Origin: Gemmatimonadota bacterium
Lineage (GTDB): Bacteria; Gemmatimonadota; Gemmatimonadetes; Longimicrobiales; Gaopeijiaceae
Assembly (NCBI GenBank): GCA_039589315.1
Contig: JBDHHQ010000049.1
Coordinates: 1 to 32,904, forward strand
Reading direction: 5' to 3'
DNA length: 32,904 nucleotides
Below the pieces are notes generated by a model. The model worked only from the letters and a program-made list of their open reading frames with translations, was not told the origin of the DNA and searched no databases. Of this stretch, positions 8,845 to 18,579 are shown piece after piece. The position numbers and the translations under genes were made by a program. The number at the start of each line of letters is the position of its first letter. Position 1 is the stretch's first letter.

Positions 8845-11477
8845 AGCGCCAGGACGAGGCGTCGGAGGGGCTCCCGCAGGCGGACGTTCGCCCAGAGGCG
8901 GCGCCGGAGGGACACATCTCGTCCGAGGATCCGGAATTCGTGGCGTCCTCGGCGGTGTCCGACCGTCACCAGCAAACCGATCGGTCTTTCCGCCGAGTGG
9001 TGCTGTACGCCGTGGTGTTGGTCGCCCTGGTGGCGGACGCGCTGATCCTCTCCCAGTCCTCGTGGGGCTCGAGCCCCAGTCTTCACACCCTCATCGAGGT
9101 GATGGCAGCGGTCACGGCCTTCTTTCTCGGCGCTCTCTCGCTGATTCGGTATCACACAAAAGGCCACACCGCGCTCTTCTTCATTGGCGCCGGATTCCTC
9201 GGAACCGGACTCCTGGACGGCTACCACGCGCTCGTCACCTCCACCTGGTTCCCGGTAGACTCTCCGTCCGACCTCAAGGACCTGATGGCCTGGAGCTGGC
9301 TCGCCTCGCGCACGTTCCTGGCCACCTGTCTCCTGCTCGGCTGGTTCGAGGAGCGGTGGGGGGCCCGCGAAGCGAGGGCACGCCCCTTCAGCGAGCGCGT
9401 GGTCTATCTGTCAGCCTTCGTGCTGCCGTTCGCAGTGATGGCGGCTTTCGCCGTGTTCCGTCTACCGGCATACGTCGATGCCGACGCCTCCGTGCCCAGG
9501 CGGCTCGAGTGGCTTGCCGGCCTCCTTTTCCTGGGCGCGTTGGCGGGCTACCTACAGCAGGGCCGTTGGCGCCGGGAGGTCGTGGACCACTGGGTCGTCG
9601 TGTCGCTGCTACTGGCCGCAATGGGCCAGTTCGCATACATGGCCTTCTCCGTGGCGCCCCACGATCCGCTCTTCGACGGCGCACACCTGGTCAAGCTGCT
9701 GAGCTATCTCACCATCCTCGCGGGGCTCATGGGTGGTGTGTACGTGGCATCGCGCCGCGAGGAAGAGGCCATGGAGCAGATCCAGATGGCCAACGCGGCG
9801 CTGGCCCGTGAGATCGCGGTCCGTCGCTCTGCCGAGCAGGTGTTGCTCGAGGGGGAGCGTCGACTCCAGGACTTCCTGGACAACGCGAACGACTTGATCC
9901 TGAGCACAGCGCCCGATGGGCGGATCATTTACGTCAACCGGGCGTGGAAGGAGACGTTGGGCTATCTCGGCCGGCCCATGGAAGGGCTCTCGATCTACTC
10001 CGTGATCCACCCGGCGAGCAGAGAGCGGGTCCGGCGGAGCTTCGAGGAAGTGGTCGAGGGAGAGAGCGTCATCGTCGAGGTCGAGTTTATGGCTGCGGAC
10101 GGCCGGGTGGTGATCTGCGCGGGCAGCACCAACTGCCGGTTCGAGGACGACCGGCCCGTGGCCGTGCGCAGCATCTTCCGGGACGTGACCGAGCAGAAGA
10201 GAGCGGAGGCGAGGTTGGAGCTTTCTCAGGCCAACCTGCAGGCGCTCGTGGAGAACACCGGTGACGCCATCTGGTCGGTGGGACGCGATCTGCGGCTCAT
10301 CACCTTCAACTCGGCGTATGCCCTCGAGGTCGAGGCGCTGACAGGGCGGGAGCCCCGCGTCTCGGACCCGCCGGACCGGGTCGTGCCCTCGGACAAGGTC
10401 GAGTGGATGAAGACGCTCTACAACCAGGCGCTCTCCGGGAGGCGCTTCTCACAGCTCACCACGGAGGAGGTGGCGGGCCAGCCTCGGACGGTGGAGCTCT
10501 TCTTCAATCCCATCCAGGACCAACGGGGCACGTCCGGAGTCGCCGTGTTCGGCAAAGACGTGACGCCCAAGGTCCGCGCCGAGGAAGCGCTGCGGGTGGC
10601 CAAGGACGAGGCAGAGATGGCCAACCTGGCCAAGAGCCGCTTCCTGGCCAACATGAGCCATGAGCTCCGCACGCCGCTGAACTCCGTGATCGGCTTCGCC
10701 AATGTGCTGCTGAAGAACAAGACCGGGGCGCTGAAGGACAAGGAGCTGACCTTCATCCAGCGCATCGTGTCGAATGGCCGTCACCTTCTCAACCTCATCA
10801 ACGAAGTCCTGGACCTGGCCAAGATCGAGGCCGGCCGGATGGACCTGGAGGTTGGCGAGGTCGACCTCGGCGTTCTGGCACAGGAGACTGTGTCGCAGCT
10901 CGAGGGTCAGGTGCGCGACAGGCCGGTGGAGCTCAGGACGGAGGTGGCGCCCGATCTCCGACCCGTCGAGACGGACGCCCACAAGGTGACGCAGGTCCTC
11001 ATCAACCTCGTGGGTAACGCCGTCAAGTTCACCGAAGAGGGGTCGGTCACCGTATCGGTGCAAGAGGACAGCTCGGACAGCCTGCCCGTGAGCATCACGG
11101 TGACGGACACGGGTATCGGCATCCCACCCGAGCGCCTGGAAGCCATCTTCGAGGCGTTCCAACAGGCCGACAGCGGTACGAGCCGCCGGTTCGGGGGATC
11201 GGGGCTGGGCCTCACCATCTCCCGTTCCATGGTGCAGCTGCTCGGGGGGGACCTCTTCGTCGAGAGCGAGGAAGGAAAGGGCTCGATCTTCACGCTGCGC
11301 CTGCCCCGGCCCCCGGCCCGAAGCTCGCGGCCGGGCGCATCGCCGGGAGAGGGCGAGAGCGAGGCCACCGAGGCCCCTCGGCCGCCCGACGCGGCCGCGG
11401 CACTTGATCGGCCGGAAGCGGGTACGTCTCCGCATGCCGACCTTCAAGCAAGCGATAGAGTTACCCCATCCCGTTGA
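8823..11477 (+). CDS. Membrane sensor histidine kinase (MASE3-like TM domain, two PAS domains, HisKA, HATPase)
   Basis: Multi-TM N-terminus (LHTLIE...GFLGTGLLDGYHAL), two PAS segments, FLANMSHELRTPLN, NLVGNAVKFT, DTGIGI, GGSGLGL. Start is uncertain (GTG 8823 or 8940). Confidence 0.9.
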   Translation: MVEPDSVERQDEASEGLPQADVRPEAAPEGHISSEDPEFVASSAVSDRHQQTDRSFRRVVLYAVVLVALVADALILSQSSWGSSPSLHTLIEVMAAVTAFFLGALSLIRYHTKGHTALFFIGAGFLGTGLLDGYHALVTSTWFPVDSPSDLKDLMAWSWLASRTFLATCLLLGWFEERWGAREARARPFSERVVYLSAFVLPFAVMAAFAVFRLPAYVDADASVPRRLEWLAGLLFLGALAGYLQQGRWRREVVDHWVVVSLLLAAMGQFAYMAFSVAPHDPLFDGAHLVKLLSYLTILAGLMGGVYVASRREEEAMEQIQMANAALAREIAVRRSAEQVLLEGERRLQDFLDNANDLILSTAPDGRIIYVNRAWKETLGYLGRPMEGLSIYSVIHPASRERVRRSFEEVVEGESVIVEVEFMAADGRVVICAGSTNCRFEDDRPVAVRSIFRDVTEQKRAEARLELSQANLQALVENTGDAIWSVGRDLRLITFNSAYALEVEALTGREPRVSDPPDRVVPSDKVEWMKTLYNQALSGRRFSQLTTEEVAGQPRTVELFFNPIQDQRGTSGVAVFGKDVTPKVRAEEALRVAKDEAEMANLAKSRFLANMSHELRTPLNSVIGFANVLLKNKTGALKDKELTFIQRIVSNGRHLLNLINEVLDLAKIEAGRMDLEVGEVDLGVLAQETVSQLEGQVRDRPVELRTEVAPDLRPVETDAHKVTQVLINLVGNAVKFTEEGSVTVSVQEDSSDSLPVSITVTDTGIGIPPERLEAIFEAFQQADSGTSRRFGGSGLGLTISRSMVQLLGGDLFVESEEGKGSIFTLRLPRPPARSSRPGASPGEGESEATEAPRPPDAAAALDRPEAGTSPHADLQASDRVTPSR

Positions 11478-12816
11478 ACGCGTCTTCTCCTGGCATCGCC
11501 GGCCCGGGGCCTTCGAGCGTCTGATTCCACCCTTCGAGGACGTCCGGTTGATCGGACGGTCCGGGGACTTGACGAACGGCGGAACGGTGACGCTGGGCGT
11601 CAAGAAGGCCGGAATCCGCGTTCGCTGGCATCTGCGCCATACCGAGTTCGAAGAGAACCGTCTCTTCTCCAACGAGCAGGTGTCCGGCCCCTTCGCCGCT
11701 TGGGAGCATAGGCACCGTTTCACCCCGACCGAGTCTGGGCACTGCGTCCTGGAAGAGGAGGTGAAGTGGGAGCCGCCTCTCGGGGCCCTCGGTGAGCTCA
11801 TGGGTGGTGGGGTCGCACAGCGCGAGCTCAGGCGACTGTTCGACTTCCGCCACGCGCGCCTTGCCAACGACCTGGCACGTCACGCCTCTGCTCCGGCGGG
11901 TAGTGGTCCGCTTACCGTGGCCATCACGGGGCAGTCAGGACTGGTGGGCAGGGCTCTCACCAGCTTCCTGGAGAGCGGTGGGCACCGGGTGATTCGCATG
12001 GTCCGGCGTCGACCGCCCGAAGGCAGTGCGGATGTCTACTGGGACTACCGACGAGAGGTCATCGACCTCGAAGGCCTCGCCGGGGCGGACGCAGTGGTCC
12101 ACCTGGCCGGAGAGCCATTGTCAGAGGGTCGTTGGGACGCGGACAAGAAGCGCCGGATTCACGAGAGCCGCTCCAAGGGAACCCGTTTCCTGTCGGATTC
12201 GCTGGTGCGAGTGAGACCCCGACCCCGGGTCCTGGTGTCTTCGTCGGCGGTGGGGTTCTATGGCGACCGTGGCAACCAGCGTCTCGTGGAGGGGAGCCCC
12301 CCCGGCAAGGGCTTTCTGGCCGAGGTCTGCAAGGACTGGGAGGCTGCCACCTCCTCGGCCGAGCAAGCGGGTATCCGGGTCGTTCACCTGCGAGCCGGTG
12401 TCGTCATCAGCGGAGAGGGTGGAGCCCTGGAGCCCATGCTGCTCCCCTTCAAGATGGGTGCCGGCGGCCGATTGGGCCGTGGCGACCAGTACATCTCCTG
12501 GATCGATCACGACGACCTGGTGGGTCTCATCCACCATGCCCTGGTTCATCCGTCGTTGGGTGGACCGCTGAACGGGACGGCGCCGCACGCCGTGACGAAC
12601 GGCACCTTCACCGGCACTCTGGGCAGGGTGCTCAATCGTCCGACCCTGATCCCAGTGCCCAGTTTGGCCATCAAGGCGCTGTTCGGGGAGAAGGGTCGAG
12701 CGCTCCTGCTGGAAGGAGCGCGAGTTCTACCGAAGAAAGCCGAGGACAGCGGATTCCGGTTCTTCTTCCCGGGGCTGGAGGAGTCACTCCGGTTCCAGCT
12801 GGGTCGGCCGGCCTAG
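11434..12816 (+). CDS. TIGR01777-family (YfcH-like) NAD-dependent epimerase with N-terminal SRPBCC/cyclase domain
   Basis: VFSWHRRPGAFERLIPP and GPFAAWEHRHRF in the N-domain; AITGQSGLVG, VHLAGE, SSSAVGFYG, FLAEVCKDWE. Confidence 0.88.
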   Translation: MPTFKQAIELPHPVERVFSWHRRPGAFERLIPPFEDVRLIGRSGDLTNGGTVTLGVKKAGIRVRWHLRHTEFEENRLFSNEQVSGPFAAWEHRHRFTPTESGHCVLEEEVKWEPPLGALGELMGGGVAQRELRRLFDFRHARLANDLARHASAPAGSGPLTVAITGQSGLVGRALTSFLESGGHRVIRMVRRRPPEGSADVYWDYRREVIDLEGLAGADAVVHLAGEPLSEGRWDADKKRRIHESRSKGTRFLSDSLVRVRPRPRVLVSSSAVGFYGDRGNQRLVEGSPPGKGFLAEVCKDWEAATSSAEQAGIRVVHLRAGVVISGEGGALEPMLLPFKMGAGGRLGRGDQYISWIDHDDLVGLIHHALVHPSLGGPLNGTAPHAVTNGTFTGTLGRVLNRPTLIPVPSLAIKALFGEKGRALLLEGARVLPKKAEDSGFRFFFPGLEESLRFQLGRPA

Positions 12817-12919
12817 AGCAGGACCGCCCTGGGCGGAGCGGCGCCCCCGACTGGTGGCCGACGGGCCGCCAGCATGAGGGGTCTGTCCCAGCCTCGACGT
12901 TGCTGGCCCGACCAGGCGC

Positions 12920-13615
12920 CTAGCCCGCACAGTTTCGTCGAGCAGTCCTTCGAAGCGTACCTGCCTCCATCCCCATGATCGATCCGCCCTCGTCGAGCTC
13001 GGGGTAGGGGACACCCTTATCCTGGAGCCGCTTCGCCAGCCTGGGATAGGCCCACTCAAAGAGGATCTGGGCCCGGTCCTCCTGCGACACCCGGACTCGG
13101 TCGTACATGCCGCGGGCGTCCCGTTGTCGAAACGCCTCGAAGAGCAACAGCGCGGCGGCCACGGATACGTTCAGGGACTGTACCATCCCGGCCATTGGGA
13201 TCGAAACCAGCTCGTCGGCCAGGTCTCGCCCGGTGTCACTGATGCCGAACAGCTCTGCGCCGACCGTGAAAGCGGTGGGCCCGGTCAGGTCGAGTTCCCG
13301 GTAGTCGACGGCTCCCTCCGCGGGGTGAGCCGCCAACACGCGGAAGCCCTGCGCATGGAGCGCGTGGACCGCCTCTGCGACGGTAGCGTGCTCATGCACC
13401 CGCACCCACTTCTTCGTTCCGGCCGACGTGTGATGGTGGACCGGCAGCCCCTTATCTGGCGGGACGGCGTGGGCCTCCAGCACACCCACCGCGTCGCAGT
13501 TGCGGAGGATCGCCGAGAAGTTGTGGGCTTTGTTGACCTGCTCCATCAGGACCGTCAGATCCGGCTGACGCCGCGCCAGGACCTGCTGGAGCTTTCGATA
13601 GCGCTCGGGTCGCAT
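12920..13615 (-). CDS. trmH: tRNA (guanosine(18)-2'-O)-methyltransferase
   Basis: RQPDLTVLME, HNFSAILRNCDAVG, GAELFGIS, IPMAGMVQSLNVSVAAALLLFEA (SpoU motifs), LFEWAYP. Confidence 0.92.
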   Translation of the reverse strand: MRPERYRKLQQVLARRQPDLTVLMEQVNKAHNFSAILRNCDAVGVLEAHAVPPDKGLPVHHHTSAGTKKWVRVHEHATVAEAVHALHAQGFRVLAAHPAEGAVDYRELDLTGPTAFTVGAELFGISDTGRDLADELVSIPMAGMVQSLNVSVAAALLLFEAFRQRDARGMYDRVRVSQEDRAQILFEWAYPRLAKRLQDKGVPYPELDEGGSIMGMEAGTLRRTARRNCAG

Positions 13616-13783
13616 GGAAGGTCGGTTCGAGTCATGCCACGCCCCCGCCAACATGGGCCGGTCAGACCCTACCGGCCAGCCGACGTCCGACGTATGGTGC
13701 TTCGCTTGAATCCCCTCCAATAGAGGCGTGCGATGCGAACAAGCCGGCCATCCGATCCCGTCGTGCGCGGCTGAGGTCGACGC

Positions 13784-14506
13784 GTGCCTGGCATCGGTGT
13801 CGACGGCTGCCGAGGCGGCTGGCTCTACTTCCGCCTCGATCCATCGGAGTCAGTCTTCGGCGTGGTCGAGACGCTTGCCGAGGTGATCGAGCTTGCTCGG
13901 GACGGCGACGAGATCCTGGCGGACGTACCCATCGGCCTGTTGCGGGAGGGAGCCGAAGAGCGTCGTTGCGACGCCGAGGCCAGGGCTTTGCTGGCTCCGG
14001 CCGGTCGAGGCAGCTCCGTGTTTCCCGTTCCGGTCCGCGACGCCGTCAACGCCGAGTCCTACGAAGAGGCCAGTCGCATCAACCAGGAGCGCTCGGGTCG
14101 GAAGCTGTCGAAGCAATCCTGGGCCATCGCGCCACGGATTCGGGAGGCCGACCAGCTGGTCAGAGAATCAGAGGAGGCGCGGCGCCGGCTCCGTGAGGCC
14201 CACCCGGAGTTGATGTTCTGGGCGTTGAATGGCGGCCGAGCCATGGCGCACAGCAAGAAGGCGCAAGACGGACTGATGGAGCGGGTCGAGGTAATCGAAC
14301 GGGCGTGGCCGGGTGGGGAAGAGCTCGCCGCGGCCGCCTACGTGGCGCACGGCGGTTTCAGGGTCACTCGAGACGACGTGGTGGATGCGCTGGTCGCGGC
14401 GGTGACGGCCCAGCTCGAGGGCCCTCTGCGTACGATTCCCGACGCGCCGGAGGAGGACGAGTTCGGTATTCCCATGCAGATGGTCTTCCGACGGCGGATC
14501 GGGTAA
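13784..14506 (+). CDS. DUF429-family protein (predicted RNase H-like nuclease)
   Basis: IGVDGCRGGW, DVPIGL, RRCDAEAR, SSVFPVP, EAHPEL, DDVVDA; GAGGT ribosome-binding site before the GTG. Confidence 0.82.
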   Translation: MPGIGVDGCRGGWLYFRLDPSESVFGVVETLAEVIELARDGDEILADVPIGLLREGAEERRCDAEARALLAPAGRGSSVFPVPVRDAVNAESYEEASRINQERSGRKLSKQSWAIAPRIREADQLVRESEEARRRLREAHPELMFWALNGGRAMAHSKKAQDGLMERVEVIERAWPGGEELAAAAYVAHGGFRVTRDDVVDALVAAVTAQLEGPLRTIPDAPEEDEFGIPMQMVFRRRIG

Positions 14507-14592
14507 ATGTATCTCATGTGTTAAGTTATACATAGATAACTAAGTTGTTGTTGATAAAGTAGATCTATCTGTGGAAGATCCCCATCGATTGT
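14507..14592. other. AT-rich non-coding island with DnaA-box-like and IHF-like motifs
   Basis: 17 of 64 bases are G+C over 14507-14570. The island lies between convergent genes; its function is not established. Confidence 0.5.
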
Positions 14593-14618
14593 TACGAGCC
14601 GTTGGGGCCATAGCGAGG

Positions 14619-14647
14619 CCGCCCTGGAGCGTCGGGCTCCAGGGCGG
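14619..14647. terminator. Hairpin between convergent genes, probable terminator
   Basis: 12-bp stem CCGCCCTGGAGC-gtcgg-GCTCCAGGGCGG followed by GTCTTC. Confidence 0.55.
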
Positions 14648-14763
14648 GTCTTCACGATGGCGTTGTCGGAGCGGCGCGGGCGCTCGAGCTCGACCCGCGG
14701 TGCTCGGGTACGCGCACCGCTGGGGCACGCGGCAGCGGCGACGGTGGTTCCCGTCGCCGCACA

Positions 14764-15606
14764 CTACCGGGCGTGCCCTCCGAACCCGCGTCGTCCCCGC
14801 TCCGACAGGTCGATAGTCATGGTCTCACCGTTCACCGTCACGGTGGCGATGTTCGAGCCGTCGAAGGTCACGGTCGCGTCGACCTCGCCTTCGCGATTCC
14901 CGTCGGGGCCGGCCCCGCTGTGGACCAGGTGCTGGGTGATGCTCCCCGACAGGGGCCAGGAATCCTCGGTCCTTGGGTAGGGCATGACCACGTCGTCGAT
15001 GATCGACGTCGCCTCCATGCTGCGGTCCCACGTCGTACCGTCGATCTCGAAGCTGTGGGACGACGAGCTGGCGCTCGAGCCGTTCCAGGTCACGATATCC
15101 TCGCCCACCTGGGCCTCCAGGTGACGTTCCCGCGCGACCTCGGACGACAGGGGGGTGATCGCTCGGTCCTCGCCTCGGAAGCCGCGGCCGGGCCGCCCGT
15201 GGGGCGGCATGCCGGTGGCACTCATGGCCATGTCGAAGATGACGGTGGCGGTGTTGTCGTCGAAACCCTCCTGCGCGTTGCCGTTCCCGTCCAGGAACAC
15301 CACCTCATGCGTGACTGTCACGCCGTCCTGGCTCTCCGGTGGGCACCGAAACCGGCTCCCGTCCTCGGGGCACTCAGGGCGATCCCCGTCCAGAGACGGC
15401 AACCGCAGGCCCGGGAAACGAAGCCCGGGTACGCCCGGCTCCCGCATGCTCTCCACGTCTCCCTGCGCCTCCTGTGCGGCGACCAGACCCGCATCCAACG
15501 CGGGGAAGCCGCTCTGCAGCCCGCTGGGATCGTTCTCGCAGGCGGCCAGGCCCATCGCCGCGACCAGGGCAAGGAGGCTCAGCCGCCCGAATCTCGTCGA
15601 ATGCAT
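14764..15606 (-). CDS. Hypothetical lipoprotein
   Basis: Signal peptide with lipobox LAAC and a beta-rich body (WPLSGSITQH, ATVTFDGSNIATVTVNG). Confidence 0.75.
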   Translation of the reverse strand: MHSTRFGRLSLLALVAAMGLAACENDPSGLQSGFPALDAGLVAAQEAQGDVESMREPGVPGLRFPGLRLPSLDGDRPECPEDGSRFRCPPESQDGVTVTHEVVFLDGNGNAQEGFDDNTATVIFDMAMSATGMPPHGRPGRGFRGEDRAITPLSSEVARERHLEAQVGEDIVTWNGSSASSSSHSFEIDGTTWDRSMEATSIIDDVVMPYPRTEDSWPLSGSITQHLVHSGAGPDGNREGEVDATVTFDGSNIATVTVNGETMTIDLSERGRRGFGGHAR

Positions 15607-15964
15607 CGTCCCACTCCGTTCGATATGTTCCGTTCGCCCTGTCCACTCCAGGCGCTCATAGACCTACACAGGTGCGGGTGGCAGAGCGTTAGGTCGGCTC
15701 GTCGTCCCAGCGATTCGATCGTACGACCGAGGGGCGAGGGCAGGAGAGGCCCGACCATGGCGGTGGCGTGAGTGGCCCGTGGGACGCTGACGGCAGTTGG
15801 CGAAAAGCGCGAGGCCGAGCGCCGGTTGAAACCCATTGGGGTTCGGTGGCATCCGAGAGTAGAGAGATCCGGGGATGGATGCAGAACGCCTCGTCGTCGC
15901 GCTCCGAGGCGAAGGCACCGGTCCGCGGTGTGCTTCCGTGTCCTACTGACGAGGGAGGTGGGGG

Positions 15965-18415
15965 GTGGGTCGTCTGAGACAGGATCTCCGGTACGCAGCT
16001 CGCGCCCTGGCGGCGAGCCCGTTGTTCACCGCGATCGCGGTCCTCACCTTGGCGCTGGGTATCGGCGCCAACACCGCGATCTTCAGCGTGGTGAACGGTG
16101 TCCTCCTGGAGCCGCTGGACTACCACGAGCCCGATCGGCTCGTCTCCATCAAGAGTCAGTTTCCGACGTTGGGCTTCGACGAGTTCTGGATCTCACCACC
16201 CGAGTACGTGGAGATCCGGGAATGGAACCGGAGCTTCGCCGCGGTGGGCGCATACCGGACGGGGTCGGCCAGCATCGACGCCGACGGTAACCCGGTCCGG
16301 GTCTCGTCGGCGTTCGCGACCCACGAGTTCTTCGAGACGCTGGGCGTGGACGCCGAGCTCGGCCGGTATTACACGGCCGAGGAGGATGGGCCGGGAGGCG
16401 AGCTCACCGTCGTGCTCTCTCACGGTCTGTGGACCCGGGCTTTCGGAGCCGACCCCTTGATCGTCGGACGGACCGTCGCCGTCAACGGGCGGCAGTCGAC
16501 CGTGGTGGGCGTCATGCCTGCCGGATTCGACATCGACGACGCGGGCGTCGACGTGTGGCGACCGCTCCAACTGGACCCCGCAGACCCGGGGGGCAGGGGG
16601 TCGCATTACCTCTTCCTGGTAGGCCGGCTGGCGGACGGCGTGAGCTACGAGCAGGCGCTGGGTGACATCGGCGGGATGCTCGGGCGTTGGCGGGAGCTGG
16701 TCCCCGACGGGCACGTGCCCAGCCCGGACAACCATCGGATCATCATGGCAGGCCTCCAGGACGCGCTCGTGGCCGACATCCGGGTGCAGCTATGGGTGCT
16801 CCTGGGGGCGGTCGCGTTCGTGTTGTTGATCGCCTGCGCCAACGTGGGGAATCTGCTGTTGGCCAAGGCCGAGTCACGGCAGAAGGAGGTCGCCGTCCGC
16901 GTGGCCCTGGGCGCAGGTCGGGGCCAGCTGGTCCGTCAGTTCCTCACCGAGAGCGTGTTGCTGGCGGTTGTGGGCGCGGTGGTGGGGATCGGCCTGGCCT
17001 ACGTGGGATTGAAGGTGCTGCTGGCAGCGAGCCCCGGGAGTATTCCGCGTTTGGCCGAGATTACGTTGGACGGCAAGGTCCTGGGCTTCACCGCCGGACT
17101 GGCTCTCCTGACGGGGTTCGTGTTCGGCCTGGCACCCATCCTCCATCTTACGGGTGGACGCCTGACCGACGCGTTGCGAGACGGGGGGCAGCGCTCCACC
17201 GCCGGGGCCGCGCGGCAGCGTCTCCGGCGGTTGCTGGTCGTGGGCGAGGTGGCCATGGCCGTGATCCTGGTCATCGGCTCGGGGCTCATGATCCGGAGCT
17301 TCCAGGCGCTCATGGAGGTGGATCCGGGATTCCGGTCCGAGGGATTGCTCACCTGGCAGATGCTGCTGCCCGAGTCCAGCTACCCCGGCGCCGAGGACCA
17401 GGCGGGCTTCTACCGGCAGCTCGTAGCGAACCTGGAGGCGCTCCCCGGCGTCGAGGCCGCGTCGGCCATGAGCGGGCTTCCGCCCCGGCGTGACGTGAAC
17501 GCCAACGACACCGAGTTCGAGGGCGTCGAGCGAACGGACGATGGCCCGGCCCACAACGTCGACTACTACCAGACGGTCACCTCGAGCTACCTGGAGACCA
17601 TGGGGATCCCGGTGGTGTCAGGGCGGGGATTCGGCTTCCAGGACGAGGGCTCCGATCACGCGGTCGTCCTGATCAACGAGCGCCTGGCCCGGGTGTTCTA
17701 TCCGGAAGAGAATCCCGTGGGCCGGAGGATCCGGCCGTGCTGCGGCGACGAGGTTCCATGGTTCGAGATCGTGGGGATCGTCAAAGATGTGAAGCAGGGG
17801 GGCATCGAGGAGCCGGTCGGCACGGAGCTGTACTTCAACTTCGAGCAGACCGGGCGGTTGGCCGGTTTCGTCCCCCGAAACATGAACGTGGTCATGCGGA
17901 CCGTGCCGGCGCCGGAGACCCTTGCGGGCGCCGCCCGGAGTGAGGTGTGGCGGCTAGACCCGACCCTACCGCTCGCCCAGCTCCAGAGCATGGAGGAGAA
18001 CCTCTGGGGGGCCGTGGCCCGTCCGCGTTTCTTGACGCTTCTGCTGGGTGTGTTCGCCGGTGTGGCGTTGGCTCTGGCGGCCGTCGGCACCTACGGGGTC
18101 ATGTCGTATTCGGTGGCGGAGCGAAGGCGCGAGATCGGTATCCGCATGGCCATGGGCGCCGAAGCCAGCACCGTTCTGGGCATGGTGCTGAAGTATGGCC
18201 TCCTCGTCGCCGGGGTCGGCCTGGCGCTGGGGGTGGTGGGAGCCCTGGCCCTGACCCGGCTCATGTCGTCGTTCGTCTACGGCGTGACCACGACGGACGC
18301 GCTCGCCTTCGTCGGGGCGCCGGCGGTATTGGCACTGGTGGCCCTCGCGGCGTGTTACATTCCTGCCCTCAGGGCCACCCGGGTGGATCCGGTCGTGGTC
18401 CTGAAGGAGGAGTAA
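15965..18415 (+). CDS. ADOP-type (duplicated MacB/FtsX) ABC transporter permease
   Basis: QDLRYAARAL...LALGIGANTAIFSVVN, VLLIACANVGNLLL, RRREIGIRMAMGA, RATRVDP; GGAGG ribosome-binding site. Confidence 0.92.
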   Translation: MGRLRQDLRYAARALAASPLFTAIAVLTLALGIGANTAIFSVVNGVLLEPLDYHEPDRLVSIKSQFPTLGFDEFWISPPEYVEIREWNRSFAAVGAYRTGSASIDADGNPVRVSSAFATHEFFETLGVDAELGRYYTAEEDGPGGELTVVLSHGLWTRAFGADPLIVGRTVAVNGRQSTVVGVMPAGFDIDDAGVDVWRPLQLDPADPGGRGSHYLFLVGRLADGVSYEQALGDIGGMLGRWRELVPDGHVPSPDNHRIIMAGLQDALVADIRVQLWVLLGAVAFVLLIACANVGNLLLAKAESRQKEVAVRVALGAGRGQLVRQFLTESVLLAVVGAVVGIGLAYVGLKVLLAASPGSIPRLAEITLDGKVLGFTAGLALLTGFVFGLAPILHLTGGRLTDALRDGGQRSTAGAARQRLRRLLVVGEVAMAVILVIGSGLMIRSFQALMEVDPGFRSEGLLTWQMLLPESSYPGAEDQAGFYRQLVANLEALPGVEAASAMSGLPPRRDVNANDTEFEGVERTDDGPAHNVDYYQTVTSSYLETMGIPVVSGRGFGFQDEGSDHAVVLINERLARVFYPEENPVGRRIRPCCGDEVPWFEIVGIVKDVKQGGIEEPVGTELYFNFEQTGRLAGFVPRNMNVVMRTVPAPETLAGAARSEVWRLDPTLPLAQLQSMEENLWGAVARPRFLTLLLGVFAGVALALAAVGTYGVMSYSVAERRREIGIRMAMGAEASTVLGMVLKYGLLVAGVGLALGVVGALALTRLMSSFVYGVTTTDALAFVGAPAVLALVALAACYIPALRATRVDPVVVLKEE

Positions 18416-18579
18416 GGGACCGGCACGATTGGGGGCGTCGGGGGCTGGGTGGAGGGCACTCGTCCTTCACCTCTCGGCCTGGCCAGACTGGCCGGGGGGG
18501 GCGGGCCGTTCCCGTTCTGCGTCAACCGATATCGCCGGAAGGCAGGGATCGGCGCGCACCGACACGGAGGGCAGCAGAC

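Noticed and set aside
14499..14526. dif site resemblance (TGTTAAGT, XerD-arm-like)
   Set aside because: Only 8 of 11 bases match the XerD arm and there is no acceptable XerC arm at 6-bp spacing. It is kept only as a weak alternative for the AT-rich island.
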